Below, in pieces: positions 30,628-40,459 of a stretch of 47,214 nucleotides of DNA (position 1 is its first letter; every line of letters starts with the position of its first letter). Source of the DNA: Prevotella sp. (lineage in GTDB: Bacteria; Bacteroidota; Bacteroidia; Bacteroidales; Bacteroidaceae); assembly GCA_022783515.1 (NCBI GenBank), contig JALEWR010000081.1, positions 1-47,214 of the forward strand, written 5' to 3'. Both the position numbers and the translations under genes were made by a program. Under the pieces are notes generated by a model that was not told where the DNA came from, searched no databases, and saw only the letters and a list, made by a program, of their open reading frames with translations.

Positions 30628-30745
30628 CACATTTTTTAAGAGCAACGACATACACAACAGAACACAACAAATAATGCTTATTCGTTAGAGTCGTGAATGG
30701 TTGTGTATGTCGTTGCTCTTAAAAAATGTGTGTCGTTGCTTAAAA
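30628..30745. repeat. Family A palindromic repeat, best-preserved copy
   Basis: Perfect 31-bp inverted repeat at 30628-30658 / 30700-30730 plus an extra half-site at 30731-30745. Confidence 0.9.
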
Positions 30746-30773
30746 TATCTGTCGTTGGTTGAGAAGTGACGAT

Positions 30774-30915
30774 GTTGGCGAGCTAACAAGTAGATGTTTC
30801 CTTGCTCTTCCTTGCTCGGCAGAAGCAGGTGTGGAATCAGTAAAAACTCCATAAAACCATTCGATAGGTATGTTTGGATGGAGCAACTTACTTGTTTACT
30901 TGTTAACTCGCCAAC
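30774..30915. repeat. Family F element bounded by inverted repeats built from 8-bp ACAAGTAR units
   Basis: gttggcgagctaacaagtaga / tttacttgttaactcgccaac (19 of 21 match); similar units at about 12907-12930. Confidence 0.7.
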
Positions 30916-30948
30916 TTGTTTTTTTACCCCTGGTTGGGGGTGATGTCT

Positions 30949-33327
30949 TTACAATGACGTACCGCTGATGTTGAGTTGAGGTACGTTAACCTTCAACTTC
31001 ACAGACTCTTTCTTGCCGTTACTTTGTACGGTAACGACCAATTGTCCGTTAAAAAACTTCATTTGGGGCAGGTGGAACATCTCGAGAGATGTGGCATCAC
31101 CATTACAAACAGCCTTAAAGTCGGCACCACCGCTTACCTCAAAGGTTGCATCATCATTGGCGTTGAGACATTCGTTGCCGTCTTTGTCTACCAATGTTAC
31201 GGTGTAATAAATCAAGTCTTCACCATCAGCCGCGAGCTGTTGCTTGTCGGCTTCAATCTTCACACCGGCAGGTTTGCCTGCTGTTCTTACGGTCTTTTCT
31301 GCCGCCTTGTTGCCGTTGGCATCGTAAGCCACCACCTTTATTTCTCCGGGTTGATAAACCACATTGTTCCAACGCAGGCGATAGCGGTCGAGCTTGCTAT
31401 TCTTATTCTTCTTCAAACGTCCCTGACTCTTTCCATTAACAAAAAGTTCGGCTTCGGGATAGCTGGTGTAGCATTGCACAGGAGTTACCTCTCCTTCGCG
31501 TCCGGGCCATGTCCAGTGGGGCAAGATATGAAGGGTGGCATCGTCGGTGTTCCATACCGAGCGGTAGAGATAGAAGCGGTCTTTGGGCAAACCGGCTAAG
31601 TCGACCGGTGCAAAATAACTGCTTCGCGAGGGCCAATAAGCATAATAAGGAGTAGGTTCGCCGATATAGTCGATACCTGTCCATACAAACTGACCGATGG
31701 TATAGGTCAGGTCGTCTTGCTTGGCGAAGTCTTCGTCGGGATAACTTCCCCACGACACCTTTTCAACATCGTATGAAGAACATTGTCCGTCGTCGTAAGT
31801 CGCCATGTTTTTCTCTTCCACAGGGAATTTGTAGACACCACGCGAGCTGACTGCCGATGAGGTTTCAGAACCCAGGATAAAGCCTTGAGGTTGGCGGTCG
31901 ATTAATTCTTCGTAGAGGTGAACACGATAGTTAAAGCCCGGAACGTCCAAGGCTGCATAGAAACCACATTCGGTGTTGGCTTTGGGATTATCGCCTCCGC
32001 AGGTTACGGTGCGTGTGGGGTCAAGGCTATGGCAAAACTCTGTCATGGCTTTGGCACGAGCCGCCCCCTCCTTGTTCCATTGTTCGGGAATCTCGTTGCC
32101 TATACTCCACATCACGATAGAAGCGTGGTTGCGGTGTCCGAGGATGAGATTGGTGAGGTCTTTCTGCCACCATTCGTCATAGAAACGATTGTATCCGTTT
32201 TTCACTTTCGCCTCTTTCCATGCGTCGAAACTCTCTGCCATGACCATCATACCCATCGAGTCGCACACCTCCATTTGCATTTGGGACGGCATGTTGTGTG
32301 AGGTGCGAATGGCATCGGCACCCATATCTTTCATGATTTTTATCTGTCGGATGAGTGCCGCCTTGTTAAGAGCCACGCCAAGAGGGCCGAGGTCGTGGTG
32401 CAAACATACGCCCTTGAACTTACGCGACACACCATTGAACCGGAAACCATGTTCTTTTGTGATGGCGAGGGTGCGTATTCCGACCTTTTGTGTGGTGCAA
32501 TCCATCAACTTTTTGCCACGATACAGCTCGGTCTTCAAGGTGTAGAGATAAGGCGATTCGGGACTCCAGAGTTGGGCATCCTTCACCTCCATCTGTGCCA
32601 AAGTTTTGCCTTCGGCATCGGGTGTCATTGTCTGTTGAGCCACCACTCTGCCGTTTTTGTCGAGCAAACTAACCTTAGTGGTGAGTTTTTTCAAAGGTTT
32701 GTCGGCGTTAATCTTACTGTCTACTGTGAGCTTGGCTTGCTTTCCATTTACCGATTGGGTGCGGAAGAAGGTTCCCCAAGGGTCGATGCGTGCCTCGGAA
32801 GTAAAGGTAAGGCTAACAGGACGATAAAGGCCGGCACCGGGATACCATCGGCTACTCTCTTCCAAATTGTTGAGTTTTACCAACACTTCGTTGTTACCCG
32901 GTTTCACAAAACGAGTGATATCCAAGCGAAAAGCATTGTAGCCATACATCCAACGACCCGCTTCCTGCCCGTTGACATAGACAATGGGTTCGCTCATCGC
33001 ACCATCGAAATGTATCTCTGTGTGCTTAGCGTTCTTAGGAAGGGTAAAGGTGGTGCGATATTGTCCTTCGCCCAGCCAAGGCAAACCACCCGAACGACCA
33101 GTATGAGCCAAGGGCTTCTCCATGCCATCTTGCACAATGGCGAGGTATTGAGCATCCCATTTCGCATCAAATGGGCCTTTTATTGCCCAGTCGTGTGGCA
33201 CATCTACCTGCTCCCACGCTTGTCCGTCGCGGGTGAAATTCCATTTTTTTAGGTTCACTTCTTGTCGAATCTGAGCCATTCCGGCTGTCGACAACGCTAA
33301 TAATGCAATAATTAAAGATTGTTTCAT
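30949..33327 (-). CDS. Glycoside hydrolase family 2 (beta-galactosidase-like), secreted
   Basis: VPHDW, SSRWYPGAGLYR, GVCLHHDLG, IRTSHN, WSIGNE, GSETSS, WTGIDYIGEPTP; signal peptide from MKQSLII. Confidence 0.93.
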   Translation of the reverse strand: MKQSLIIALLALSTAGMAQIRQEVNLKKWNFTRDGQAWEQVDVPHDWAIKGPFDAKWDAQYLAIVQDGMEKPLAHTGRSGGLPWLGEGQYRTTFTLPKNAKHTEIHFDGAMSEPIVYVNGQEAGRWMYGYNAFRLDITRFVKPGNNEVLVKLNNLEESSRWYPGAGLYRPVSLTFTSEARIDPWGTFFRTQSVNGKQAKLTVDSKINADKPLKKLTTKVSLLDKNGRVVAQQTMTPDAEGKTLAQMEVKDAQLWSPESPYLYTLKTELYRGKKLMDCTTQKVGIRTLAITKEHGFRFNGVSRKFKGVCLHHDLGPLGVALNKAALIRQIKIMKDMGADAIRTSHNMPSQMQMEVCDSMGMMVMAESFDAWKEAKVKNGYNRFYDEWWQKDLTNLILGHRNHASIVMWSIGNEIPEQWNKEGAARAKAMTEFCHSLDPTRTVTCGGDNPKANTECGFYAALDVPGFNYRVHLYEELIDRQPQGFILGSETSSAVSSRGVYKFPVEEKNMATYDDGQCSSYDVEKVSWGSYPDEDFAKQDDLTYTIGQFVWTGIDYIGEPTPYYAYWPSRSSYFAPVDLAGLPKDRFYLYRSVWNTDDATLHILPHWTWPGREGEVTPVQCYTSYPEAELFVNGKSQGRLKKNKNSKLDRYRLRWNNVVYQPGEIKVVAYDANGNKAAEKTVRTAGKPAGVKIEADKQQLAADGEDLIYYTVTLVDKDGNECLNANDDATFEVSGGADFKAVCNGDATSLEMFHLPQMKFFNGQLVVTVQSNGKKESVKLKVNVPQLNISGTSL

Positions 33328-33468
33328 ATAGAGATAAGTATCATCCACTCATAAGTATGGGAGAGTGGAAAGGTTTATGTATTGTTCTTGATTGATTGAG
33401 GTGGGTTGACCGTACTTGTCCGCCGGGACTGATGGGGCTGCCCGGTGTGATTTCCTTAATCATTTTTT

Positions 33469-33584
33469 TCTGCCTATTTGGCTTGATTTAAACGTTCTTT
33501 TCTCATTCCTCAAAAAGTGCGTTTAACCGCCATGGCATAACCCAAGCAAGCTTGGTTCTGCTCATCTGGCTGCACAAAAACGTT
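33469..33584 (-). repeat. Family B structured repeat, about 1.3 tandem units
   Basis: aaacgttcttt recurs with an 88-bp period; hairpin gcataacccaagcaagcttggttctgc. Confidence 0.85.
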
Positions 33585-33586
33585 CT

Positions 33587-34432
33587 TTAAAGCTCAATCT
33601 TCTTCATCCAATTGCCGCCTTTCATACAGACAATGCCGATGATGATAAAGGGAATACTCAAGAGTTGCCCCATGTTGAACATCATTCCTTGCTCGAAATC
33701 TACCTGTATGTCCTTGGTATATTCGATGAAAAAGCGGAAAGTAAAGATGAGGAAGAGGCACAAGCCGAAGAAGAAACCGCTGCCCACACGTTGTGGATGC
33801 TTGCGGTAGAAGTACCATCCCACGAAGAAGAACAAGGCGTATGCCATGGCTTCATATAACTGTCCGGGGTGGCGGGGCATCATATCGATTCGTTCAAAGA
33901 TAAAAGCCCAAGGCACATCGGTGGTCTTTCCGATGATTTCAGAGTTCATCAGATTGCCCAAACGTATAAAACAAGCGGTGATGGGGGTGGCAATGGCAAT
34001 ATCGTCTAACACATGCCATAGCTTCATACCAGTCTTTTTGCAATAGAGATAGAGGGCAACCATCAGACCGAAGGTACCGCCATGCGATGCCAAACCCTCG
34101 TAGCCCACAAATTTCCACGAGCCATCGGCCATGAAATGGATGGGGATAAAGATCTCGATAAAATGCTGCCAGCTCGACAAGAAATGCTCGGGCTGATAGA
34201 AGAAGCAATGTCCCAATCTGGCTCCTACGAGTATTCCGAAGAAGCAATAGATAAAAAGTGGCTCGAAAAGTTCATCCTTTATCTTTTGCTCCTTATACAA
34301 ACGTTGCACCAAAAGATATGCCAACACCAAACCGATGAGCCAACATAGTGAATACCAACGCAAGGAAAGTCCGAACAAACGGAATGCCTCGTGGTCGGGA
34401 TTCCATAAAATATAATTGATAAGATGTAACAT
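33587..34432 (-). CDS. lgt: Prolipoprotein diacylglyceryl transferase
   Basis: [44 protein letters not shown]. Confidence 0.96.
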   Translation of the reverse strand: MLHLINYILWNPDHEAFRLFGLSLRWYSLCWLIGLVLAYLLVQRLYKEQKIKDELFEPLFIYCFFGILVGARLGHCFFYQPEHFLSSWQHFIEIFIPIHFMADGSWKFVGYEGLASHGGTFGLMVALYLYCKKTGMKLWHVLDDIAIATPITACFIRLGNLMNSEIIGKTTDVPWAFIFERIDMMPRHPGQLYEAMAYALFFFVGWYFYRKHPQRVGSGFFFGLCLFLIFTFRFFIEYTKDIQVDFEQGMMFNMGQLLSIPFIIIGIVCMKGGNWMKKIEL

Positions 34433-34571
34433 AGGGGAATGAAATATTAATTATAATGGAATGAAAAATCTATATAGTGGCACTGGATACGGAATCTGGA
34501 GAAACAAAAAAATGTCATATAGAAAAACCAGATGCTTTACTTGGTACAACTATATAGATGATATAATGGGA

Positions 34572-35672
34572 TTAAACGTTAAATCTAAAGTGCATGATAT
34601 CGCCGTCTTGCACCACATAATCCTTGCCTTCCACGCCCAGTTTTCCTGCCTCGCGTACAGCCGCTTCCGAACCATACTGCATGTAATCGTCGAACTTGAT
34701 GACCTCGGCACGAATAAAACCTTTCTCAAAGTCGGTGTGAATAACACCGGCACATTGTGGAGCTTTCCAACCCTTGCGATAAGTCCAGGCTCTTACCTCC
34801 ACTTCTCCTGCGGTGATATAGGTTTCGAGATTGAGCAGTGAATATGCCTTCTTGATCAATCGGTTCACACCACTCTCCTCCAAGCCCAATTCATCGAGGA
34901 ACATTTGCTTGTCTTCGTATGTTTCCAAAGAAGCGATATCTTCTTCTGTCTTACCGGCAATAATCAGCACCTCAGCACCTTCTGTTTGGGCCACTTCTTC
35001 TACACGACGGCTGTATTCGTTGCCATTCTTGGCTCCTGTCTCATCTACGTTGCAGACATACAACACAGGTTTTGAGGTAAGAAGAAAGAGGTCGTGTGCC
35101 GCCTGTTGTTCTTCTTTGCTCTCAAAGCTCACGCTACGAGCATTCTTTCCTTGTTCCAACACTTCTTTATATGCCAAAAGAACACCCACATTGACCTTTG
35201 CATCCTTGTTGCCGGCGGCTGCTATCTTCTGTTCTTTTGCCAAACGGCCTTCTATGGTCTCAAGGTCTTTTAGCTGAAGTTCGGTGTCTATGATTTCTTT
35301 ATCGCGTATCGGGTCGATTGTTCCGTCAACGTGCGTGATGTTCTCGTCGTCGAAACAACGCAACACATGGATGATAGCGTCGGTTTCGCGGATGTTTCCC
35401 AAGAACTTGTTACCCAATCCTTCGCCCTTACTTGCACCTTTCACAAGTCCGGCAATATCCACTATCTCGCAGGTTGCAGGCACAATACGTCCCGGCTTGA
35501 TTATCTCCGCCAACTTCGTCAAACGTTCGTCAGGAACGGTGATGACACCCACATTGGGTTCGATTGTACAGAAAGGAAAGTTGGCAGCCTGTGCTTTGGC
35601 ACTGGACAAACAATTGAAAAGTGTAGATTTACCCACGTTAGGCAATCCCACTATACCACATTTTAATGACAT
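34572..35672 (-). CDS. ychF: Redox-regulated ATPase YchF
   Basis: GIVGLPNVGKST, NFPFCTIEPN, DIAGLVKGAS, IHTDFEKGFIRAE; -7 box at 35704-35711. Confidence 0.98.
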   Translation of the reverse strand: MSLKCGIVGLPNVGKSTLFNCLSSAKAQAANFPFCTIEPNVGVITVPDERLTKLAEIIKPGRIVPATCEIVDIAGLVKGASKGEGLGNKFLGNIRETDAIIHVLRCFDDENITHVDGTIDPIRDKEIIDTELQLKDLETIEGRLAKEQKIAAAGNKDAKVNVGVLLAYKEVLEQGKNARSVSFESKEEQQAAHDLFLLTSKPVLYVCNVDETGAKNGNEYSRRVEEVAQTEGAEVLIIAGKTEEDIASLETYEDKQMFLDELGLEESGVNRLIKKAYSLLNLETYITAGEVEVRAWTYRKGWKAPQCAGVIHTDFEKGFIRAEVIKFDDYMQYGSEAAVREAGKLGVEGKDYVVQDGDIMHFRFNV

Positions 35673-35998
35673 GTCTTTTCTTTATAAAATTGTATATACG
35701 TTACAAAGATACGTCAAAAAAATGAAGTTGCGAGAGAAATGGGGGAGTTTTTAAGTTGTTAAGTCTTTAAAATGGGGCGTTGTTGAATGGTTTTTCTTGT
35801 TAGGAGTTAATGGAAATTAGCAGGGGGTAATTCACTTCGTTTGTGAAGATAACGGACGTATGCCTCGTTTGGGGTAATGTCCGCTAATTTCCTTTCCGCT
35901 CCTGCCAACTCCGGTCTACTTCTTAATAAAAGCATCGGTTCGGCATAATCCGAACTGATGGCTAACTGAACCCGAGCGTAGGTTAATAGAAAGAAAGA

Positions 35999-36328
35999 CT
36001 ACTTCCTTTTCGACGACTTGTCTTTTCCTTTCTCTACGCTACCGGTTTCCACGAGTTCCGCCTTATAGTCAATTTTGGCGAAGCCTTGGATGAGTTTCTC
36101 AATAGTGGTTTTGTCTGCATCATAAGTGATGACTACCCGCTGTTTTTCTACATCGGTAGCGATGCGTTTCACGCCTTTTTCAAAGCGGATGTTACTCTTG
36201 ATTTTTGTTTCGCAGCTATTGCAATGCATCTGTGGCAAGGTTGTAAATGTAGCTGTCCTGATGTCTTTTGCCCAAAGATAAGATGCCATCAATGACATAA
36301 GGGCAAGGGTAAAAAGTTTTTTGTTCAT
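35999..36328 (-). CDS. Exported heavy-metal-associated (HMA) domain protein
   Basis: Signal peptide followed by MHCNSC metal-binding motif. Confidence 0.88.
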   Translation of the reverse strand: MNKKLFTLALMSLMASYLWAKDIRTATFTTLPQMHCNSCETKIKSNIRFEKGVKRIATDVEKQRVVITYDADKTTIEKLIQGFAKIDYKAELVETGSVEKGKDKSSKRK

Positions 36329-36397
36329 GTGAAATGATTTATATAAATAGACAATTCTCCAAGGTTTCCTCTCCCTTTGGGGAGAGGTCGGGAGGGG

Positions 36398-38419
36398 TTA
36401 CAGTTTTACTCTCACCCCCACATACGCCATTGCTCCGCGTGTGGGACCCCATACGAGTGTGGGGTCGAAGGTGCTTGACCAAGGGTTATGAGCGTCGATG
36501 ATGCGGTTTTGCTGTGTAAAACCGGTGAGGTTTTCGCCTCCTACATAGATAGAGAAGGTGCGGAACCAGCGGGTAACCTGTGCGTTGAGCTGTCCGAAAG
36601 CTGAATAACGCTGGTCGGCATCAGTGGAAAGGCCTGCTACACTGCTCCATTGGGGAAGGCGACCGCCACCATTTAGCTGGAAGGTTGCATCCACCTGCCA
36701 CTTTCCTAAAGGTGTTTTATAAGAAGCGGTGAAGAGTCCTTTATATCTGCTTGTCAGGGGTTTTTCACGCAACACACCGCCATAGGTAGCCTTCACGTCG
36801 GTATAACGATAAGCCGCCGTGATGTCCAAACCTTCGAGAATAGGATAAGTGGCGTCAATCTGGAAGGTGTGCGAGTAAGACTTTCCTTCTAAGTTGGTGA
36901 TATGTATGGCGTTAACCGATCGGTCATAGTCGAATAGCACCTGATTGCCAAAGCGTGTATAATAATATTCGGCATTCAGTTTCAGCGTCTTACGCCATAG
37001 TGGTATGTTCCACGCTGTAGATATGCCATAGTTCCAGGCATCCTCTTGTTGCAGGTCGTCCATCACGATGGTACGGCCGCTTGACAAGAGATGATGGTTT
37101 TCAGCCAGTGCATGCACTGTGCGATACCCTTTTCCTGCCGATAGGCGTATGCCCACCAAGTCGATGGGTTGGTATTTAATGTGTACGCGAGGTGTAACGA
37201 ACCACCCCCATAGGTTGCTGTTGTCGGCTCTCAAACCCGCCATCGCCACAATCTTATGATGGAGGTTGAAGGTATATTGAGCGTAGAGCCCGGCAGTGGT
37301 TTCGCGTTGGTTGATGGGCGATAGTTGTTGTGTAAGGTCGTGCGTCCATCTCACCTCCTGCTTCAAATAGTCGTGTTGCATGCTCGCCCCGGCAGCCAAG
37401 TTGTGCATAACACCCCAGTTGGTTTCAAAAGCCGCCTGCAAATACAAGTTTTTCTCATTCGCCTGATACGCCTTTAATCCATAGTCGGCATCTGTTTGGT
37501 GTATTGCTCCATTACCCAAAAAGGCGATATTGGTGCCATGCTCTTTGTTAAGAATGAAGGCATGTTTGAGGTATGCCTCATAGCGATGTGTGGAAATACC
37601 GATTTGGAAAGGATCAATGTCGGGCATCTGATGATGACGCGTGTTGCCACCTTTACGACGTTCGTGCAGCGTACTGATGCCACCGTGGAATATTTGACGT
37701 TCATTCGCCCAGTGCCAACGGTTTTGCAGGTTCACCTGTTGTATCTTGGGTGAGTCCATGAAACCGTCTTTGTTGCTGTCGTGTTCTGCACTTTCGTTCT
37801 CGTAATGCCCTAGCAACACACTACTCCAATTGTTTTTGAAATGTCGGTTCAAATCGATATTCGCCTCGAATCGCCCATCTATATTCCCAAAAAGGTTGAT
37901 TTCGGTTTTCTTTGGGTCATTGGGCTTGAGATATTCCACATTGATTTGTCCTGTAATACCCTCATAACCATTCTTTACCGACGATGTTCCCTTCGACACG
38001 AGTATGCTTTTCATCCATGGCCCGGGCACATAACGCAGGGCAAAAGGCGAAGCAGAACCACGGAAAGCGGGCAGATTTTCGCCCAACATCTGAACGTATG
38101 TGCCGCTCAAACCCAAGAGTTTGATTTGTTGAGCCCCGGTGGCAGCGTCCGAGTAGCTCACGTCGACTGACGGGTTGGTGGTAAAACTCTCGCCCAGGTT
38201 GCAGCAAGCTGCCTTGAAGAGTTCGTCTTTTTCTACCTTCATGCCATTGATGGCTCCTGCCATTCTACGCATTCCGCCTGTTCGAGCCACCACTTCCAGC
38301 CCTTTTATTTCATGTGTTTTTAGAGTGTCGTTTGGCGTTGGCAGATGTTGATGGTCATCTGCAAACGTATAAGCTGCCAGCGTGAGTGCCACGCCGGAGA
38401 GTAAAATTCTTTGTTTCAT
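36398..38419 (-). CDS. TonB-dependent receptor, putative metal transporter
   Basis: Signal peptide, plug with ACCNLGESF, KGTSSV..GQIN, barrel ending YVGVRVKL; His-rich N-terminus. Confidence 0.9.
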   Translation of the reverse strand: MKQRILLSGVALTLAAYTFADDHQHLPTPNDTLKTHEIKGLEVVARTGGMRRMAGAINGMKVEKDELFKAACCNLGESFTTNPSVDVSYSDAATGAQQIKLLGLSGTYVQMLGENLPAFRGSASPFALRYVPGPWMKSILVSKGTSSVKNGYEGITGQINVEYLKPNDPKKTEINLFGNIDGRFEANIDLNRHFKNNWSSVLLGHYENESAEHDSNKDGFMDSPKIQQVNLQNRWHWANERQIFHGGISTLHERRKGGNTRHHQMPDIDPFQIGISTHRYEAYLKHAFILNKEHGTNIAFLGNGAIHQTDADYGLKAYQANEKNLYLQAAFETNWGVMHNLAAGASMQHDYLKQEVRWTHDLTQQLSPINQRETTAGLYAQYTFNLHHKIVAMAGLRADNSNLWGWFVTPRVHIKYQPIDLVGIRLSAGKGYRTVHALAENHHLLSSGRTIVMDDLQQEDAWNYGISTAWNIPLWRKTLKLNAEYYYTRFGNQVLFDYDRSVNAIHITNLEGKSYSHTFQIDATYPILEGLDITAAYRYTDVKATYGGVLREKPLTSRYKGLFTASYKTPLGKWQVDATFQLNGGGRLPQWSSVAGLSTDADQRYSAFGQLNAQVTRWFRTFSIYVGGENLTGFTQQNRIIDAHNPWSSTFDPTLVWGPTRGAMAYVGVRVKL

Positions 38420-38562
38420 AATTGTTCTTGTTGATTGAAATAAATAATACCATTGCGAGTTAATGTGTTCACTTTATCACCCGAACTGATGTAAAATGAA
38501 GACGTCAACACGCTCACGACAAGTTGTTTCCGACGAAACGGGTCGTCAGAAATCGTGGTTGA

Positions 38563-38952
38563 TCAAATCAACAAGGTGCGTAGGAGCTGCAGATAGTGCC
38601 GCGGCGGCGATGAAAAGCCGTGATGGACTATCTCTCTGACATGTTCTACTGTAGCAAAAAGCTGTTGCCACAGTTGGAAAAGTTCTGTATATATCACCAA
38701 AAGTGGTTGATATACATGGAAGTCGAAATAGGAATACTGTGCCGTAACCGTTGGAGAAAGCTCCACCGTTTCATACCCCATGCAGTCGGCAAGTGGTTCG
38801 CAATCGTCATCTTCATGGTCGTTAGCCATGTTCTGCATGATGCGATAGGTCCCCTCATGATGACAATGTACAAAGGTAACACCTGCTCCCAAGAAGACAA
38901 TAATCATTGAGAGCAACGATAAAACGAATATGTTACCTAACTTTTTCAACAT
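38563..38952 (-). CDS. Small exported Cys/His protein with C-terminal PP motif, putative leader of the TonB receptor operon
   Basis: Hydrophobic N-terminus, HCHH, two further Cys, HH..SPPR..LLI; -7 box at 38957-38964. Confidence 0.7.
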   Translation of the reverse strand: MLKKLGNIFVLSLLSMIIVFLGAGVTFVHCHHEGTYRIMQNMANDHEDDDCEPLADCMGYETVELSPTVTAQYSYFDFHVYQPLLVIYTELFQLWQQLFATVEHVREIVHHGFSSPPRHYLQLLRTLLI

Positions 38953-39187
38953 ATTGCAAAGTTAGGATATAATTGTTATATAGTAAATACCGAAATGTGG
39001 GTATTTTGCTGACATTTGTATCTTTTATGATTTCTTGTTTCTTTGCAAGAGAAAAACTAAATCTCAGTTATTAAAAAACTAATATTTTTTATAATTTTGC
39101 ATTCCGAATGAGATATTCGAGCAGTGAATTGACTCTTAAGAAGTTTCATCAGTTTACCTCAAAATATAACAGTAAAAAAATAGAAAC

Positions 39188-40372
39188 ATGAGAAATCTTA
39201 CATCAGTGAGTAAGTTGAAGACGTTTTTTGCTCATCCTTTTTTTCAAGATAAGCGTACTTTATTGGGCTTATGGCTCATATTGCCTGTTGTCGCAGCATT
39301 CTTGAAAATCAATCGCAATGACAATAACTTCCTGATTTTCAAAGGTGTTTATTGGCACACCATTCAGCAATTGCCCCTTTACGAACTCTATCCCAACGAG
39401 TATTTTGACCATAACCATTATGGGCCTGTCTTCTCTTTGGTCATAGCTCCCTTTGCTTTGATGCCCCATTGGTTGGGTCTGACGTTATGGTTGGTGGCAC
39501 TCTCATTGTGTATGTTTGTGGCAGTGAGTCGTTCCTCCCTCTCCCATCTTCAGCAAATATTTATCTTTTGGTTTTGTGCTCAAACACTTCTTAACTCGCT
39601 TTTTATGCAGCAGTTCAACATTGCCATAGCGGGTTTTGTTATCGCCTCCTACTTTCTTATTAAAAAAGAGAATGATTTTTGGGCGGCTTTTCTCATTATC
39701 TTAGGCACTTTTGTTAAACTCTACGGTGTGGTGGGTTTGGCGTTTTTCTTCTTCTCACGGCATAAGATGAAGTTGATAGGCTCACTGCTTTTTTGGTCGG
39801 TGGTGCTGTTTGTGGCTCCTATGCTCATCAGTAGTCCTCACTATGTGGTAGAACAATACGGCCAATGGTTTGCCCGCCTCTTGGTGAAAAATGGCGAAAA
39901 CATCGACTCTTACCGCCAGAATATTTCGGCATTGGGTATGATTCGCCGCATCAGTGGTAATGCGTCGTATTCCGATTTGTGGTTGCTGCTACCTGCGATG
40001 TTTATTTTCTTTATGCCCTATTTGCGTTTTAAGCAATACCGCAACACCGGTTTTCAAATGGGTATCTTGGCTTCTGTTTTGCTCTTTGTGGTGCTTTTCA
40101 GCACAGGTAGCGAGTCGAGTTCCTATATTATTGCTTTGAGTGGTGTCTGCTTTTGGTATCTGTCGGCACCTGGGAAACGTTCAAGTTTCGATTTAGGACT
40201 TATCATCTTTGCCTTTCTCCTATCGAGTATGGGTTCGTCCGACCTCTTCCCGCGTTCCTTCCGTCGTGAAGTCTTAACTAAGTATGCCCTCAAGGCCTTG
40301 CCCTGCTTATTGATATGGTTGAAGTTGAGTTATGAGATGATGACAAGAGATTACAAAACCGAAGATAGGTAA
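39188..40372 (+). CDS. GT-C fold membrane glycosyltransferase (GT87/DUF2029-like)
   Basis: Many TM segments, NNFLIF, DHNHYGPVF, QFN, FVKLY, SESSSY; -7 box at 39092-39099. Confidence 0.8.
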   Translation: MRNLTSVSKLKTFFAHPFFQDKRTLLGLWLILPVVAAFLKINRNDNNFLIFKGVYWHTIQQLPLYELYPNEYFDHNHYGPVFSLVIAPFALMPHWLGLTLWLVALSLCMFVAVSRSSLSHLQQIFIFWFCAQTLLNSLFMQQFNIAIAGFVIASYFLIKKENDFWAAFLIILGTFVKLYGVVGLAFFFFSRHKMKLIGSLLFWSVVLFVAPMLISSPHYVVEQYGQWFARLLVKNGENIDSYRQNISALGMIRRISGNASYSDLWLLLPAMFIFFMPYLRFKQYRNTGFQMGILASVLLFVVLFSTGSESSSYIIALSGVCFWYLSAPGKRSSFDLGLIIFAFLLSSMGSSDLFPRSFRREVLTKYALKALPCLLIWLKLSYEMMTRDYKTEDR

Positions 40373-40394
40373 ACATATTGAATGCACAAATAAA

Positions 40395-40437
40395 AACATC
40401 CGATGAGGAATGCAATGGCTGTTCCGCATCGGATGTT
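40395..40437. terminator. Bidirectional terminator between convergent genes
   Basis: aacatccgatgaggaa ... ttccgcatcggatgtt. Confidence 0.7.
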
Positions 40438-40459
40438 GTCTTTTATTTGGGTGTGAGAA

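Noticed and set aside
30949-33327. Polysaccharide utilisation locus around GH2
   Set aside because: No SusC/SusD pair or regulator is adjacent, and the TonB receptors in the window are not SusC-like.
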